Shown: piece by piece, positions 1-11,000 of the stretch
How the letters are laid out: every line of letters begins with the position of its first letter
Numbering within the stretch: the stretch's first letter is position 1
Assembly: GCA_040954595.2 (NCBI GenBank)
Contig: JBECUI020000061.1
Span: 1 to 46,638 of the forward strand
Source: Balanoglossus misakiensis
Lineage: Eukaryota > Animalia > Hemichordata
Direction: 5' to 3'
DNA: 46,638 bases
Made by a program: the position numbers and the translations under genes
Notes under the pieces: generated by a model
The model's database searches: none
What the model was told of the DNA's origin: nothing
Seen by the model: only the letters and a program-made list of their open reading frames with translations

Positions 1-303
1 TCCAACGATGATGAATTTACATGTTATTTGCTTGGCATTTTGACGCAGAGACACTTCTGAAAACACAAACCTATTAATTATGCCACGGGTGTAAATTGAT
101 CACATTAAAAGAGGCTTTAGACGTTTGCCGCGAGCTCCTGGTGGGCAGAATCTTGTCAGCCCAAATTTGACTATAAGTACATAGCCAATGATGTGACGCT
201 CTCCCACATCCTTCGCCGCGCCTTTTCGCTGATTTACAGCATCTTGCGTAAACACTGTCATTTGATCTTGCTTGGCAGAAGTCAACTTGCTCTATACTAC
301 ATT

Positions 304-669
304 ATGGCGGCCAAGCTCAACTGCATATCAGATAATGCCAAGGAGCGTTTGAGAGGCATCCTCGCCAGAAGGAGTCGCGTTTCCGGTGACTGTGTGCTCT
401 GGACGGGTGCAGCTTGTCGAAACGGCTATGGCTCTATTACGTTCAGAGATGAGAACACTCTAACCGCCTATGTCCATCACATTGCACTCCTAATTAACGG
501 AGTGCAATTGGTGGGCAGGCGGTTAGAGTGTTCTCATCTTTGCAACGAAAAGCTATGCATCCGCCCAGAGCACATTGTCCAGGAAACGCGACTCCTAAAC
601 ATTTCACGAAAGACGTGCTTTAAATCCCCAAAAGGGGAGTGTCACCACGATCCCAGGTGCCTAAGGTGA
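304..669 (+). CDS. His-Cys box (His-Me finger, I-PpoI-like) zinc-binding endonuclease, 121 aa
   Basis: The ORF track gives 193..669. The likely start is ATG 304 in strong Kozak context (attATGg). Motifs C-VLWTG..NGYG..I, YVHH, ECSHLC-NEKLC-IRPEHI-VQET..LN-ISRKTC and C-HHDPRC match the SHLC-x4-C-x2-P-x-H...E...N...R..C...C-H-x-P-x-C signature of His-Cys box nucleases. Confidence 0.88.
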   Translation: MAAKLNCISDNAKERLRGILARRSRVSGDCVLWTGAACRNGYGSITFRDENTLTAYVHHIALLINGVQLVGRRLECSHLCNEKLCIRPEHIVQETRLLNISRKTCFKSPKGECHHDPRCLR

Positions 670-953
670 GTAATCCTCTTCTCATTTGATATGTATTGTG
701 TGACCCTGCAGTTGAAACGCTTTCATCAATAATTTGCGGCGCGTGGGTAATCTCGGTGTTATTGACAATGCAGCCGGCCCAAACATTTTTAAATTAACAC
801 TGTTTCTGACTGTATTAACGAAATGTCCAATTTGCAAGTAGCCTATAGACAACCCTTTTGAATGAGTTTTGTCTCGTTGAGATTTTATACATAAGGAACA
901 ATCTAGATTTATTTTAGAAGACACTGTTCTTTTAAAACAGCTAGCATAATACA

Positions 954-1324
954 GCTAAATTTCGGAATTTCCGGACAATTTTCGGAATTCCTTTTAAATT
1001 TGAGAAATTTTTCATCAGATATAAGTGTTACTATTTATTGGACATGTTTTTATCATTGTTTACTTTTTAAGGTCATTCTCACCCCCCCCCCCCCCAAAAA
1101 AAGCCGCTTTAGGCTTCATGTTCAGTAAAAAATCTGGAAAGTTCAGCTGAATTTTACACTGATCACACATTTTTGGGAAGGTCTGGCGCAAAATAAAGGA
1201 TGACAAATGTAAATCTAATGTCACATTTGTAAACCTCTAAGTATTGTACACTCATTCTATTAAGTATATGCAAATAGTACGGATAATTTTTTCGGAATGT
1301 GGAATTCCGAAATTAGTTCGGAAC
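954..1324. repeat. Clustered TTCGGAA motifs, partly in inverted arrangement (possible degenerate MITE ends or factor-binding sites)
   Basis: TTCGGAA occurs at 961, 981, 1291 and 1317, and on the reverse strand within ggaattccgaaattag (1301-1316). The latter is a near reverse complement of ctaaatttcggaatttcc (954-972). Confidence 0.35.
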
Positions 1325-1647
1325 GTGTTAGCAGTGAAGAGATCACCACTGAGGGTTGGAAGGCCTTGCCAGAAATTAACGCGTAAAGTACGCCCTCACA
1401 GGCCATGTAAACAAGGTCAAATAAGGCCGTCTGGCAAACGAATGATTAATTCAACGCGCCATTTGAGCCGAGCTGAGTTGGTCTGAGTTGCGTATCACAC
1501 AGACTTAGGCTGAATGTCAGTGGAGTAACCAGTCCGTTTTAGATTTACCAATGATGTGAATTTAATTTCTTCACCCAGAAAAACAGAACACAACTTGTCT
1601 GCAACATGATGCTGGAGGTGACACATGACAGAGAAGTGGATCCGCGT

Positions 1648-1985
1648 TGTCAACACAGATGCCAGCATTCAAAAGGGGAGTGCCACCTGCTAAAATCAAC
1701 TCATCTGCTGTTGGCCCATTTTACCTGTGGCAACTGTTCAGAGGAGACAACGTTTATTCCGTGCAAGCCAACACGCAATGTTGGGGTCTACCTGTCAACA
1801 CAGATGCAAGCATTCATGTGAGTGAGTATCAGGACTGACCTTGTATTTGCTGAATAATTCATAATGCCTATTTTAGAATTCTTAGAGGCATTTGGAGTTC
1901 ATTGCCTGGTCAACCAAACTACACCCCTTAACAGCTGAAACAAAATGCGTATTGTGTTCATTCATTCATTGCATCAATATATATA
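1648..1985 (+). repeat. Diverged (older) copy of the array core unit
   Basis: Colinear similarity to the array: gccacctgctaaaatcaactcatctgctgttggccca; cagatgcaagcattcatgtgagtgagt; gcctattttagaattcttag; cattgcctggtca; ttcattcattcattgcatcaatata. Confidence 0.85.
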
Positions 1986-2289
1986 GGCAACATGAGTATC
2001 AAGTAGCACTATTTGTTTACGATTGTATTCATGAAAACTTCCCACTAACAATTCCACAGTTAATATTGAACACATTTATCCAACAAGGTCAAAAGAAAAA
2101 GGGAATCTTCTGGTTCCAAAATACGCCACAAATGTGGGTCAACATACAGTGAAATATTATGGTGCTCAAATATGCAACATATCAAATCTGTCTCATCAAA
2201 GTCATGCTTTAAAAAAGAATTGAAAAGGTATTATTTATCCATTTGACTGCTGTATTTTCAGAAGGAAAACAAACTGAATTTGGTTTTTC

Positions 2290-2448
2290 AAGTACCTTAT
2301 ATTTTCTGTAAAATAGACATTTAATTGGCAAGCCGTCCTGCATCAATTATTAATTGTGTACATGCACTAAAGCGCCCTCACTGCTGGGTGTGTTGTATGG
2401 TCTTTAACCCTGTTTCAAATTAGAGTACTTTCTGCAATTTCAAGACAG
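2290..2448. mobile_element. 5'-truncated copy of the 177-bp MITE-like element forming the left array boundary
   Basis: Identical to the element from aagtacc onward. The first 18 bp (most of the left TIR) are replaced by unique flank. Confidence 0.8.
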
Positions 2449-2539
2449 ATCTTACGTGCCATTGGAGAGCTCCATTGACTGGTCATTCATACTGTTTTCA
2501 TTCATTCATTGCGGCATCAATATATTTTATCTATTCTAG

Positions 2540-2690
2540 CCAAAGAGCTTGGCACCTGTTGAAATGAACTCATCTGCTGTGGGCCAGTTTATTGGTGGCA
2601 GTTGAGCTGAGGAGAGCACCTTCCTTCCCGGCACGCCACCAAGTAAAGTTCCACGCCGCCCACCACAGATGCCAGCATTCATTCATGCGA
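2540..2690 (+). ncRNA. 151-nt exon-like structured segment (first of 105 full copies plus one partial); putative non-coding hairpin RNA module
   Basis: Preceded by ttttatctattctag (acceptor-like) and followed by gtgagt (consensus donor). Nested stems: aatgaa/ttcatt, catctg/cagatg, gtgggc/gcccac, tttattggtggc/gccaccaa-g-taaa. No expression data. Confidence 0.45.
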
Positions 2691-2723
2691 GTGAGTGTAA
2701 TTGCAAATTTGCCTATTCTAGAT

Positions 2724-2900
2724 CTGTAATGGAAATGGAGAAAGTACCTTATATTTTCTGTAAAATAGACATTTAATTGGCAAGCCGTCCTGCATCAATT
2801 ATTAATTGTGTACATGCACTAAAGCGCCCTCACTGCTGGGTGTGTTGTATGGTCTTTAACCCTGTTTCAAATTAGAGTACTTTCTGCAATTTCAAGACAG
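2724..2900. mobile_element. 177-bp non-autonomous DNA transposon (MITE-like); first of 53 intact copies
   Basis: Left end ctgtaatggaaatggagaaagtac versus reverse complement of right end ctgtcttgaaattgcagaaagtac: 19/24 identical. Flanked by AT on both sides. Non-coding, and absent from 52 otherwise identical units. Confidence 0.8.
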
Positions 2901-4070
2901 ATCTTACGTGCCATTGGAGAGCTCCATTGACTGGTCATTCATACTGTTTTCATTCATTCATTGCGGCATCAATATATTTTATCTATTCTAGCCAAAGAGC
3001 TTGGCACCTGTTGAAATGAACTCATCTGCTGTGGGCCAGTTTATTGGTGGCAGTTGAGCTGAGGAGAGCACCTTCCTTCCCGGCACGCCACCAAGTAAAG
3101 TTCCACGCCGCCCACCACAGATGCCAGCATTCATTCATGCGAGTGAGTGTAATTGCAAATTTGCCTATTCTAGATCTGTAATGGAAATGGAGAAAGTACC
3201 TTATATTTTCTGTAAAATAGACATTTAATTGGCAAGCCGTCCTGCATCAATTATTAATTGTGTACATGCACTAAAGCGCCCTCACTGCTGGGTGTGTTGT
3301 ATGGTCTTTAACCCTGTTTCAAATTAGAGTACTTTCTGCAATTTCAAGACAGATCTTACGTGCCATTGGAGAGCTCCATTGACTGGTCATTCATACTGTT
3401 TTCATTCATTCATTGCGGCATCAATATATTTTATCTATTCTAGCCAAAGAGCTTGGCACCTGTTGAAATGAACTCATCTGCTGTGGGCCAGTTTATTGGT
3501 GGCAGTTGAGCTGAGGAGAGCACCTTCCTTCCCGGCACGCCACCAAGTAAAGTTCCACGCCGCCCACCACAGATGCCAGCATTCATTCATGCGAGTGAGT
3601 GTAATTGCAAATTTGCCTATTCTAGATCTGTAATGGAAATGGAGAAAGTACCTTATATTTTCTGTAAAATAGACATTTAATTGGCAAGCCGTCCTGCATC
3701 AATTATTAATTGTGTACATGCACTAAAGCGCCCTCACTGCTGGGTGTGTTGTATGGTCTTTAACCCTGTTTCAAATTAGAGTACTTTCTGCAATTTCAAG
3801 ACAGATCTTACGTGCCATTGGAGAGCTCCATTGACTGGTCATTCATACTGTTTTCATTCATTCATTGCGGCATCAATATATTTTATCTATTCTAGCCAAA
3901 GAGCTTGGCACCTGTTGAAATGAACTCATCTGCTGTGGGCCAGTTTATTGGTGGCAGTTGAGCTGAGGAGAGCACCTTCCTTCCCGGCACGCCACCAAGT
4001 AAAGTTCCACGCCGCCCACCACAGATGCCAGCATTCATTCATGCGAGTGAGTGTAATTGCAAATTTGCCT

Positions 4071-4086
4071 ATTCTAGATTCTTACG
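4071..4086. other. Empty-site junction type D (attctagATTcttacg)
   Basis: First of 5 copies; 178 bp shorter than a filled unit. Confidence 0.9.
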
Positions 4087-4344
4087 TGCCATTGGAGAGC
4101 TCCATTGACTGGTCATTCATACTGTTTTCATTCATTCATTGCGGCATCAATATATTTTATCTATTCTAGCCAAAGAGCTTGGCACCTGTTGAAATGAACT
4201 CATCTGCTGTGGGCCAGTTTATTGGTGGCAGTTGAGCTGAGCAGAGCACCTTCCTTCCCGGCACGCCACCAAGTAAAGTTCCACGCCGCCCACCACAGAT
4301 GCCAGCATTCATTCATGCGAGTGAGTGTAATTGCAAATTTGCCT

Positions 4345-4360
4345 ATTCTAGAATCTTACG
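4345..4360. other. Empty-site junction type E (attctagAATcttacg)
   Basis: First of 32 copies. Confidence 0.9.
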
Positions 4361-7326
4361 TGCCATTGGAGAGCTCCATTGACTGGTCATTCATACTGTT
4401 TTCATTCATTCATTGCGGCATCAATATATTTTATCTATTCTAGCCAAAGAGCTTGGCACCTGTTGAAATGAACTCATCTGCTGTGGGCCAGTTTATTGGT
4501 GGCAGTTGAGCTGAGGAGAGCACCTTCCTTCCCGGCACGCCACCAAGTAAAGTTCCACGCCGCCCACCACAGATGCCAGCATTCATTCATGCGAGTGAGT
4601 GTAATTGCAAATTTGCCTATTCTAGATCTGTAATGGAAATGGAGAAAGTACCTTATATTTTCTGTAAAATAGACATTTAATTGGCAAGCCGTCCTGCATC
4701 AATTATTAATTGTGTACATGCACTAAAGCGCCCTCACTGCTGGGTGTGTTGTATGGTCTTTAACCCTGTTTCAAATTAGAGTACTTTCTGCAATTTCAAG
4801 ACAGATCTTACGTGCCATTGGAGAGCTCCATTGACTGGTCATTCATACTGTTTTCATTCATTCATTGCGGCATCAATATATTTTATCTATTCTAGCCAAA
4901 GAGCTTGGCACCTGTTGAAATGAACTCATCTGCTGTGGGCCAGTTTATTGGTGGCAGTTGAGCTGAGGAGAGCACCTTCCTTCCCGGCACGCCACCAAGT
5001 AAAGTTCCACGCCGCCCACCACAGATGCCAGCATTCATTCATGCGAGTGAGTGTAATTGCAAATTTGCCTATTCTAGATCTGTAATGGAAATGGAGAAAG
5101 TACCTTATATTTTCTGTAAAATAGACATTTAATTGGCAAGCCGTCCTGCATCAATTATTAATTGTGTACATGCACTAAAGCGCCCTCACTGCTGGGTGTG
5201 TTGTATGGTCTTTAACCCTGTTTCAAATTAGAGTACTTTCTGCAATTTCAAGACAGATCTTACGTGCCATTGGAGAGCTCCATTGACTGGTCATTCATAC
5301 TGTTTTCATTCATTCATTGCGGCATCAATATATTTTATCTATTCTAGCCAAAGAGCTTGGCACCTGTTGAAATGAACTCATCTGCTGTGGGCCAGTTTAT
5401 TGGTGGCAGTTGAGCTGAGGAGAGCACCTTCCTTCCCGGCACGCCACCAAGTAAAGTTCCACGCCGCCCACCACAGATGCCAGCATTCATTCATGCGAGT
5501 GAGTGTAATTGCAAATTTGCCTATTCTAGATCTGTAATGGAAATGGAGAAAGTACCTTATATTTTCTGTAAAATAGACATTTAATTGGCAAGCCGTCCTG
5601 CATCAATTATTAATTGTGTACATGCACTAAAGCGCCCTCACTGCTGGGTGTGTTGTATGGTCTTTAACCCTGTTTCAAATTAGAGTACTTTCTGCAATTT
5701 CAAGACAGATCTTACGTGCCATTGGAGAGCTCCATTGACTGGTCATTCATACTGTTTTCATTCATTCATTGCGGCATCAATATATTTTATCTATTCTAGC
5801 CAAAGAGCTTGGCACCTGTTGAAATGAACTCATCTGCTGTGGGCCAGTTTATTGGTGGCAGTTGAGCTGAGGAGAGCACCTTCCTTCCCGGCACGCCACC
5901 AAGTAAAGTTCCACGCCGCCCACCACAGATGCCAGCATTCATTCATGCGAGTGAGTGTAATTGCAAATTTGCCTATTCTAGATCTGTAATGGAAATGGAG
6001 AAAGTACCTTATATTTTCTGTAAAATAGACATTTAATTGGCAAGCCGTCCTGCATCAATTATTAATTGTGTACATGCACTAAAGCGCCCTCACTGCTGGG
6101 TGTGTTGTATGGTCTTTAACCCTGTTTCAAATTAGAGTACTTTCTGCAATTTCAAGACAGATCTTACGTGCCATTGGAGAGCTCCATTGACTGGTCATTC
6201 ATACTGTTTTCATTCATTCATTGCGGCATCAATATATTTTATCTATTCTAGCCAAAGAGCTTGGCACCTGTTGAAATGAACTCATCTGCTGTGGGCCAGT
6301 TTATTGGTGGCAGTTGAGCTGAGGAGAGCACCTTCCTTCCCGGCACGCCACCAAGTAAAGTTCCACGCCGCCCACCACAGATGCCAGCATTCATTCATGC
6401 GAGTGAGTGTAATTGCAAATTTGCCTATTCTAGATCTGTAATGGAAATGGAGAAAGTACCTTATATTTTCTGTAAAATAGACATTTAATTGGCAAGCCGT
6501 CCTGCATCAATTATTAATTGTGTACATGCACTAAAGCGCCCTCACTGCTGGGTGTGTTGTATGGTCTTTAACCCTGTTTCAAATTAGAGTACTTTCTGCA
6601 ATTTCAAGACAGATCTTACGTGCCATTGGAGAGCTCCATTGACTGGTCATTCATACTGTTTTCATTCATTCATTGCGGCATCAATATATTTTATCTATTC
6701 TAGCCAAAGAGCTTGGCACCTGTTGAAATGAACTCATCTGCTGTGGGCCAGTTTATTGGTGGCAGTTGAGCTGAGGAGAGCACCTTCCTTCCCGGCACGC
6801 CACCAAGTAAAGTTCCACGCCGCCCACCACAGATGCCAGCATTCATTCATGCGAGTGAGTGTAATTGCAAATTTGCCTATTCTAGATCTGTAATGGAAAT
6901 GGAGAAAGTACCTTATATTTTCTGTAAAATAGACATTTAATTGGCAAGCCGTCCTGCATCAATTATTAATTGTGTACATGCACTAAAGCGCCCTCACTGC
7001 TGGGTGTGTTGTATGGTCTTTAACCCTGTTTCAAATTAGAGTACTTTCTGCAATTTCAAGACAGATCTTACGTGCCATTGGAGAGCTCCATTGACTGGTC
7101 ATTCATACTGTTTTCATTCATTCATTGCGGCATCAATATATTTTATCTATTCTAGCCAAAGAGCTTGGCACCTGTTGAAATGAACTCATCTGCTGTGGGC
7201 CAGTTTATTGGTGGCAGTTGAGCTGAGGAGAGCACCTTCTTTCCCGGCACGCCACCAAGTAAAGTTCCACGCCGCCCACCACAGATGCCAGCATTCATTC
7301 ATGCGAGTGAGTGTAATTGCAAATTT

Positions 7327-7337
7327 GCCTATTTACG
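7327..7337. other. Empty-site junction type X (gcctatttacg; deletion extending into both flanks)
   Basis: First of 10 copies; 10 bp shorter than type Y. Confidence 0.9.
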
Positions 7338-8047
7338 TGCCATTGGAGAGCTCCATTGACTGGTCATTCATACTGTTTTCATTCATTCATTGCGGCATCA
7401 ATATATTTTATCTATTCTAGCCAAAGAGCTTGGCACCTGTTGAAATGAACTCATCTGCTGTGGGCCAGTTTATTGGTGGCAGTTGAGCTGAGGAGAGCAC
7501 CTTCCTTCCCGGCACGCCACCAAGTAAAGTTCCACGCCGCCCACCACAGATGCCAGCATTCATTCATGCGAGTGAGTGTAATTGCAAATTTGCCTATTCT
7601 AGATCTGTAATGGAAATGGAGAAAGTACCTTATATTTTCTGTAAAATAGACATTTAATTGGCAAGCCGTCCTGCATCAATTATTAATTGTGTACATGCAC
7701 TAAAGCGCCCTCACTGCTGGGTGTGTTGTATGGTCTTTAACCCTGTTTCAAATTAGAGTACTTTCTGCAATTTCAAGACAGATCTTACGTGCCATTGGAG
7801 AGCTCCATTGACTGGTCATTCATACTGTTTTCATTCATTCATTGCGGCATCAATATATTTTATCTATTCTAGCCAAAGAGCTTGGCACCTGTTGAAATGA
7901 ACTCATCTGCTGTGGGCCAGTTTATTGGTGGCAGTTGAGCTGAGGAGAGCACCTTCCTTCCCGGCACGCCACCAAGTAAAGTTCCACGCCGCCCACCACA
8001 GATGCCAGCATTCATTCATGCGAGTGAGTGTAATTGCAAATTTGCCT

Positions 8048-8064
8048 ATTCTAGAATTCTTACG
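8048..8064. other. Empty-site junction type Y (attctagAATTcttacg)
   Basis: First of 5 copies; exactly 177 bp shorter than a filled unit. Confidence 0.9.
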
Positions 8065-11000
8065 TGCCATTGGAGAGCTCCATTGACTGGTCATTCATAC
8101 TGTTTTCATTCATTCATTGCGGCATCAATATATTTTATCTATTCTAGCCAAAGAGCTTGGCACCTGTTGAAATGAACTCATCTGCTGTGGGCCAGTTTAT
8201 TGGTGGCAGTTGAGCTGAGGAGAGCACCTTCCTTCCCGGCACGCCACCAAGTAAAGTTCCACGCCGCCCACCACAGATGCCAGCATTCATTCATGCGAGT
8301 GAGTGTAATTGCAAATTTGCCTATTCTAGATCTGTAATGGAAATGGAGAAAGTACCTTATATTTTCTGTAAAATAGACATTTAATTGGCAAGCCGTCCTG
8401 CATCAATTATTAATTGTGTACATGCACTAAAGCGCCCTCACTGCTGGGTGTGTTGTATGGTCTTTAACCCTGTTTCAAATTAGAGTACTTTCTGCAATTT
8501 CAAGACAGATCTTACGTGCCATTGGAGAGCTCCATTGACTGGTCATTCATACTGTTTTCATTCATTCATTGCGGCATCAATATATTTTATCTATTCTAGC
8601 CAAAGAGCTTGGCACCTGTTGAAATGAACTCATCTGCTGTGGGCCAGTTTATTGGTGGCAGTTGAGCTGAGGAGAGCACCTTCTTTCCCGGCACGCCACC
8701 AAGTAAAGTTCCACGCCGCCCACCACAGATGCCAGCATTCATTCATGCGAGTGAGTGTAATTGCAAATTTGCCTATTCTAGAATCTTACGTGCCATTGGA
8801 GAGCTCCATTGACTGGTCATTCATACTGTTTTCATTCATTCATTGCGGCATCAATATATTTTATCTATTCTAGCCAAAGAGCTTGGCACCTGTTGAAATG
8901 AACTCATCTGCTGTGGGCCAGTTTATTGGTGGCAGTTGAGCTGAGGAGAGCACCTTCTTTCCCGGCACGCCACCAAGTAAAGTTCCACGCCGCCCACCAC
9001 AGATGCCAGCATTCATTCATGCGAGTGAGTGTAATTGCAAATTTGCCTATTTACGTGCCATTGGAGAGCTCCATTGACTGGTCATTCATACTGTTTTCAT
9101 TCATTCATTGCGGCATCAATATATTTTATCTATTCTAGCCAAAGAGCTTGGCACCTGTTGAAATGAACTCATCTGCTGTGGGCCAGTTTATTGGTGGCAG
9201 TTGAGCTGAGGAGAGCACCTTCCTTCCCGGCACGCCACCAAGTAAAGTTCCACGCCGCCCACCACAGATGCCAGCATTCATTCATGCGAGTGAGTGTAAT
9301 TGCAAATTTGCCTATTCTAGATCTGTAATGGAAATGGAGAAAGTACCTTATATTTTCTGTAAAATAGACATTTAATTGGCAAGCCGTCCTGCATCAATTA
9401 TTAATTGTGTACATGCACTAAAGCGCCCTCACTGCTGGGTGTGTTGTATGGTCTTTAACCCTGTTTCAAATTAGAGTACTTTCTGCAATTTCAAGACAGA
9501 TCTTACGTGCCATTGGAGAGCTCCATTGACTGGTCATTCATACTGTTTTCATTCATTCATTGCGGCATCAATATATTTTATCTATTCTAGCCAAAGAGCT
9601 TGGCACCTGTTGAAATGAACTCATCTGCTGTGGGCCAGTTTATTGGTGGCAGTTGAGCTGAGGAGAGCACCTTCTTTCCCGGCACGCCACCAAGTAAAGT
9701 TCCACGCCGCCCACCACAGATGCCAGCATTCATTCATGCGAGTGAGTGTAATTGCAAATTTGCCTATTCTAGAATCTTACGTGCCATTGGAGAGCTCCAT
9801 TGACTGGTCATTCATACTGTTTTCATTCATTCATTGCGGCATCAATATATTTTATCTATTCTAGCCAAAGAGCTTGGCACCTGTTGAAATGAACTCATCT
9901 GCTGTGGGCCAGTTTATTGGTGGCAGTTGAGCTGAGGAGAGCACCTTCTTTCCCGGCACGCCACCAAGTAAAGTTCCACGCCGCCCACCACAGATGCCAG
10001 CATTCATTCATGCGAGTGAGTGTAATTGCAAATTTGCCTATTCTAGAATCTTACGTGCCATTGGAGAGCTCCATTGACTGGTCATTCATACTGTTTTCAT
10101 TCATTCATTGCGGCATCAATATATTTTATCTATTCTAGCCAAAGAGCTTGGCACCTGTTGAAATGAACTCATCTGCTGTGGGCCAGTTTATTGGTGGCAG
10201 TTGAGCTGAGGAGAGCACCTTCCTTCCCGGCACGCCACCAAGTAAAGTTCCACGCCGCCCACCACAGATGCCAGCATTCATTCATGCGAGTGAGTGTAAT
10301 TGCAAATTTGCCTATTCTAGAATCTTACGTGCCATTGGAGAGCTCCATTGACTGGTCATTCATACTGTTTTCATTCATTCATTGCGGCATCAATATATTT
10401 TATCTATTCTAGCCAAAGAGCTTGGCACCTGTTGAAATGAACTCATCTGCTGTGGGCCAGTTTATTGGTGGCAGTTGAGCTGAGGAGAGCACCTTCCTTC
10501 CCGGCACGCCACCAAGTAAAGTTCCACGCCGCCCACCACAGATGCCAGCATTCATTCATGCGAGTGAGTGTAATTGCAAATTTGCCTATTCTAGAATCTT
10601 ACGTGCCATTGGAGAGCTCCATTGACTGGTCATTCATACTGTTTTCATTCATTCATTGCGGCATCAATATATTTTATCTATTCTAGCCGAAGAGCTTGGC
10701 ACCTGTTGAAATGAACTCATCTGCTGTGGGCCAGTTTATTGGTGGCAGTTGAGCTGAGGAGAGCACCTTCCTTCCCGGCACGCCACCAAGTAAAGTTCCA
10801 CGCCGCCCACCACAGATGCCAGCATTCATTCATGCGAGTGAGTGTAATTGCAAATTTGCCTATTCTAGATCTGTAATGGAAATGGAGAAAGTACCTTATA
10901 TTTTCTGTAAAATAGACATTTAATTGGCAAGCCGTCCTGCATCAATTATTAATTGTGTACATGCACTAAAGCGCCCTCACTGCTGGGTGTGTTGTATGGT

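Noticed and set aside
193-303. N-terminal extension of the nuclease ORF
   Set aside because: It starts at GTG. ATG 304 has strong Kozak context and precedes the recognisable domain.
1082-1103. Poly-C/poly-A run (also poly-C near 44965 and poly-G near 46085)
   Set aside because: Simple homopolymers with no further structure.
1606-1838. ORFs 1606..1821 and 1647..1838 as a protein-coding ancestor of the array
   Set aside because: Similarity to array translations switches between frames, so conservation is at nucleotide level rather than protein level.
2555-2620. Hammerhead ribozyme (GAAA ... CTGAGGA core motifs in each unit)
   Set aside because: Stems I and II cannot form next to the core motifs, and CUGA is not conserved in the diverged copy.
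2720-2904. Short units arising by recombination between the two AGATCT direct repeats
   Set aside because: That would give a 273-bp unit (tagatcttac), which is never observed.
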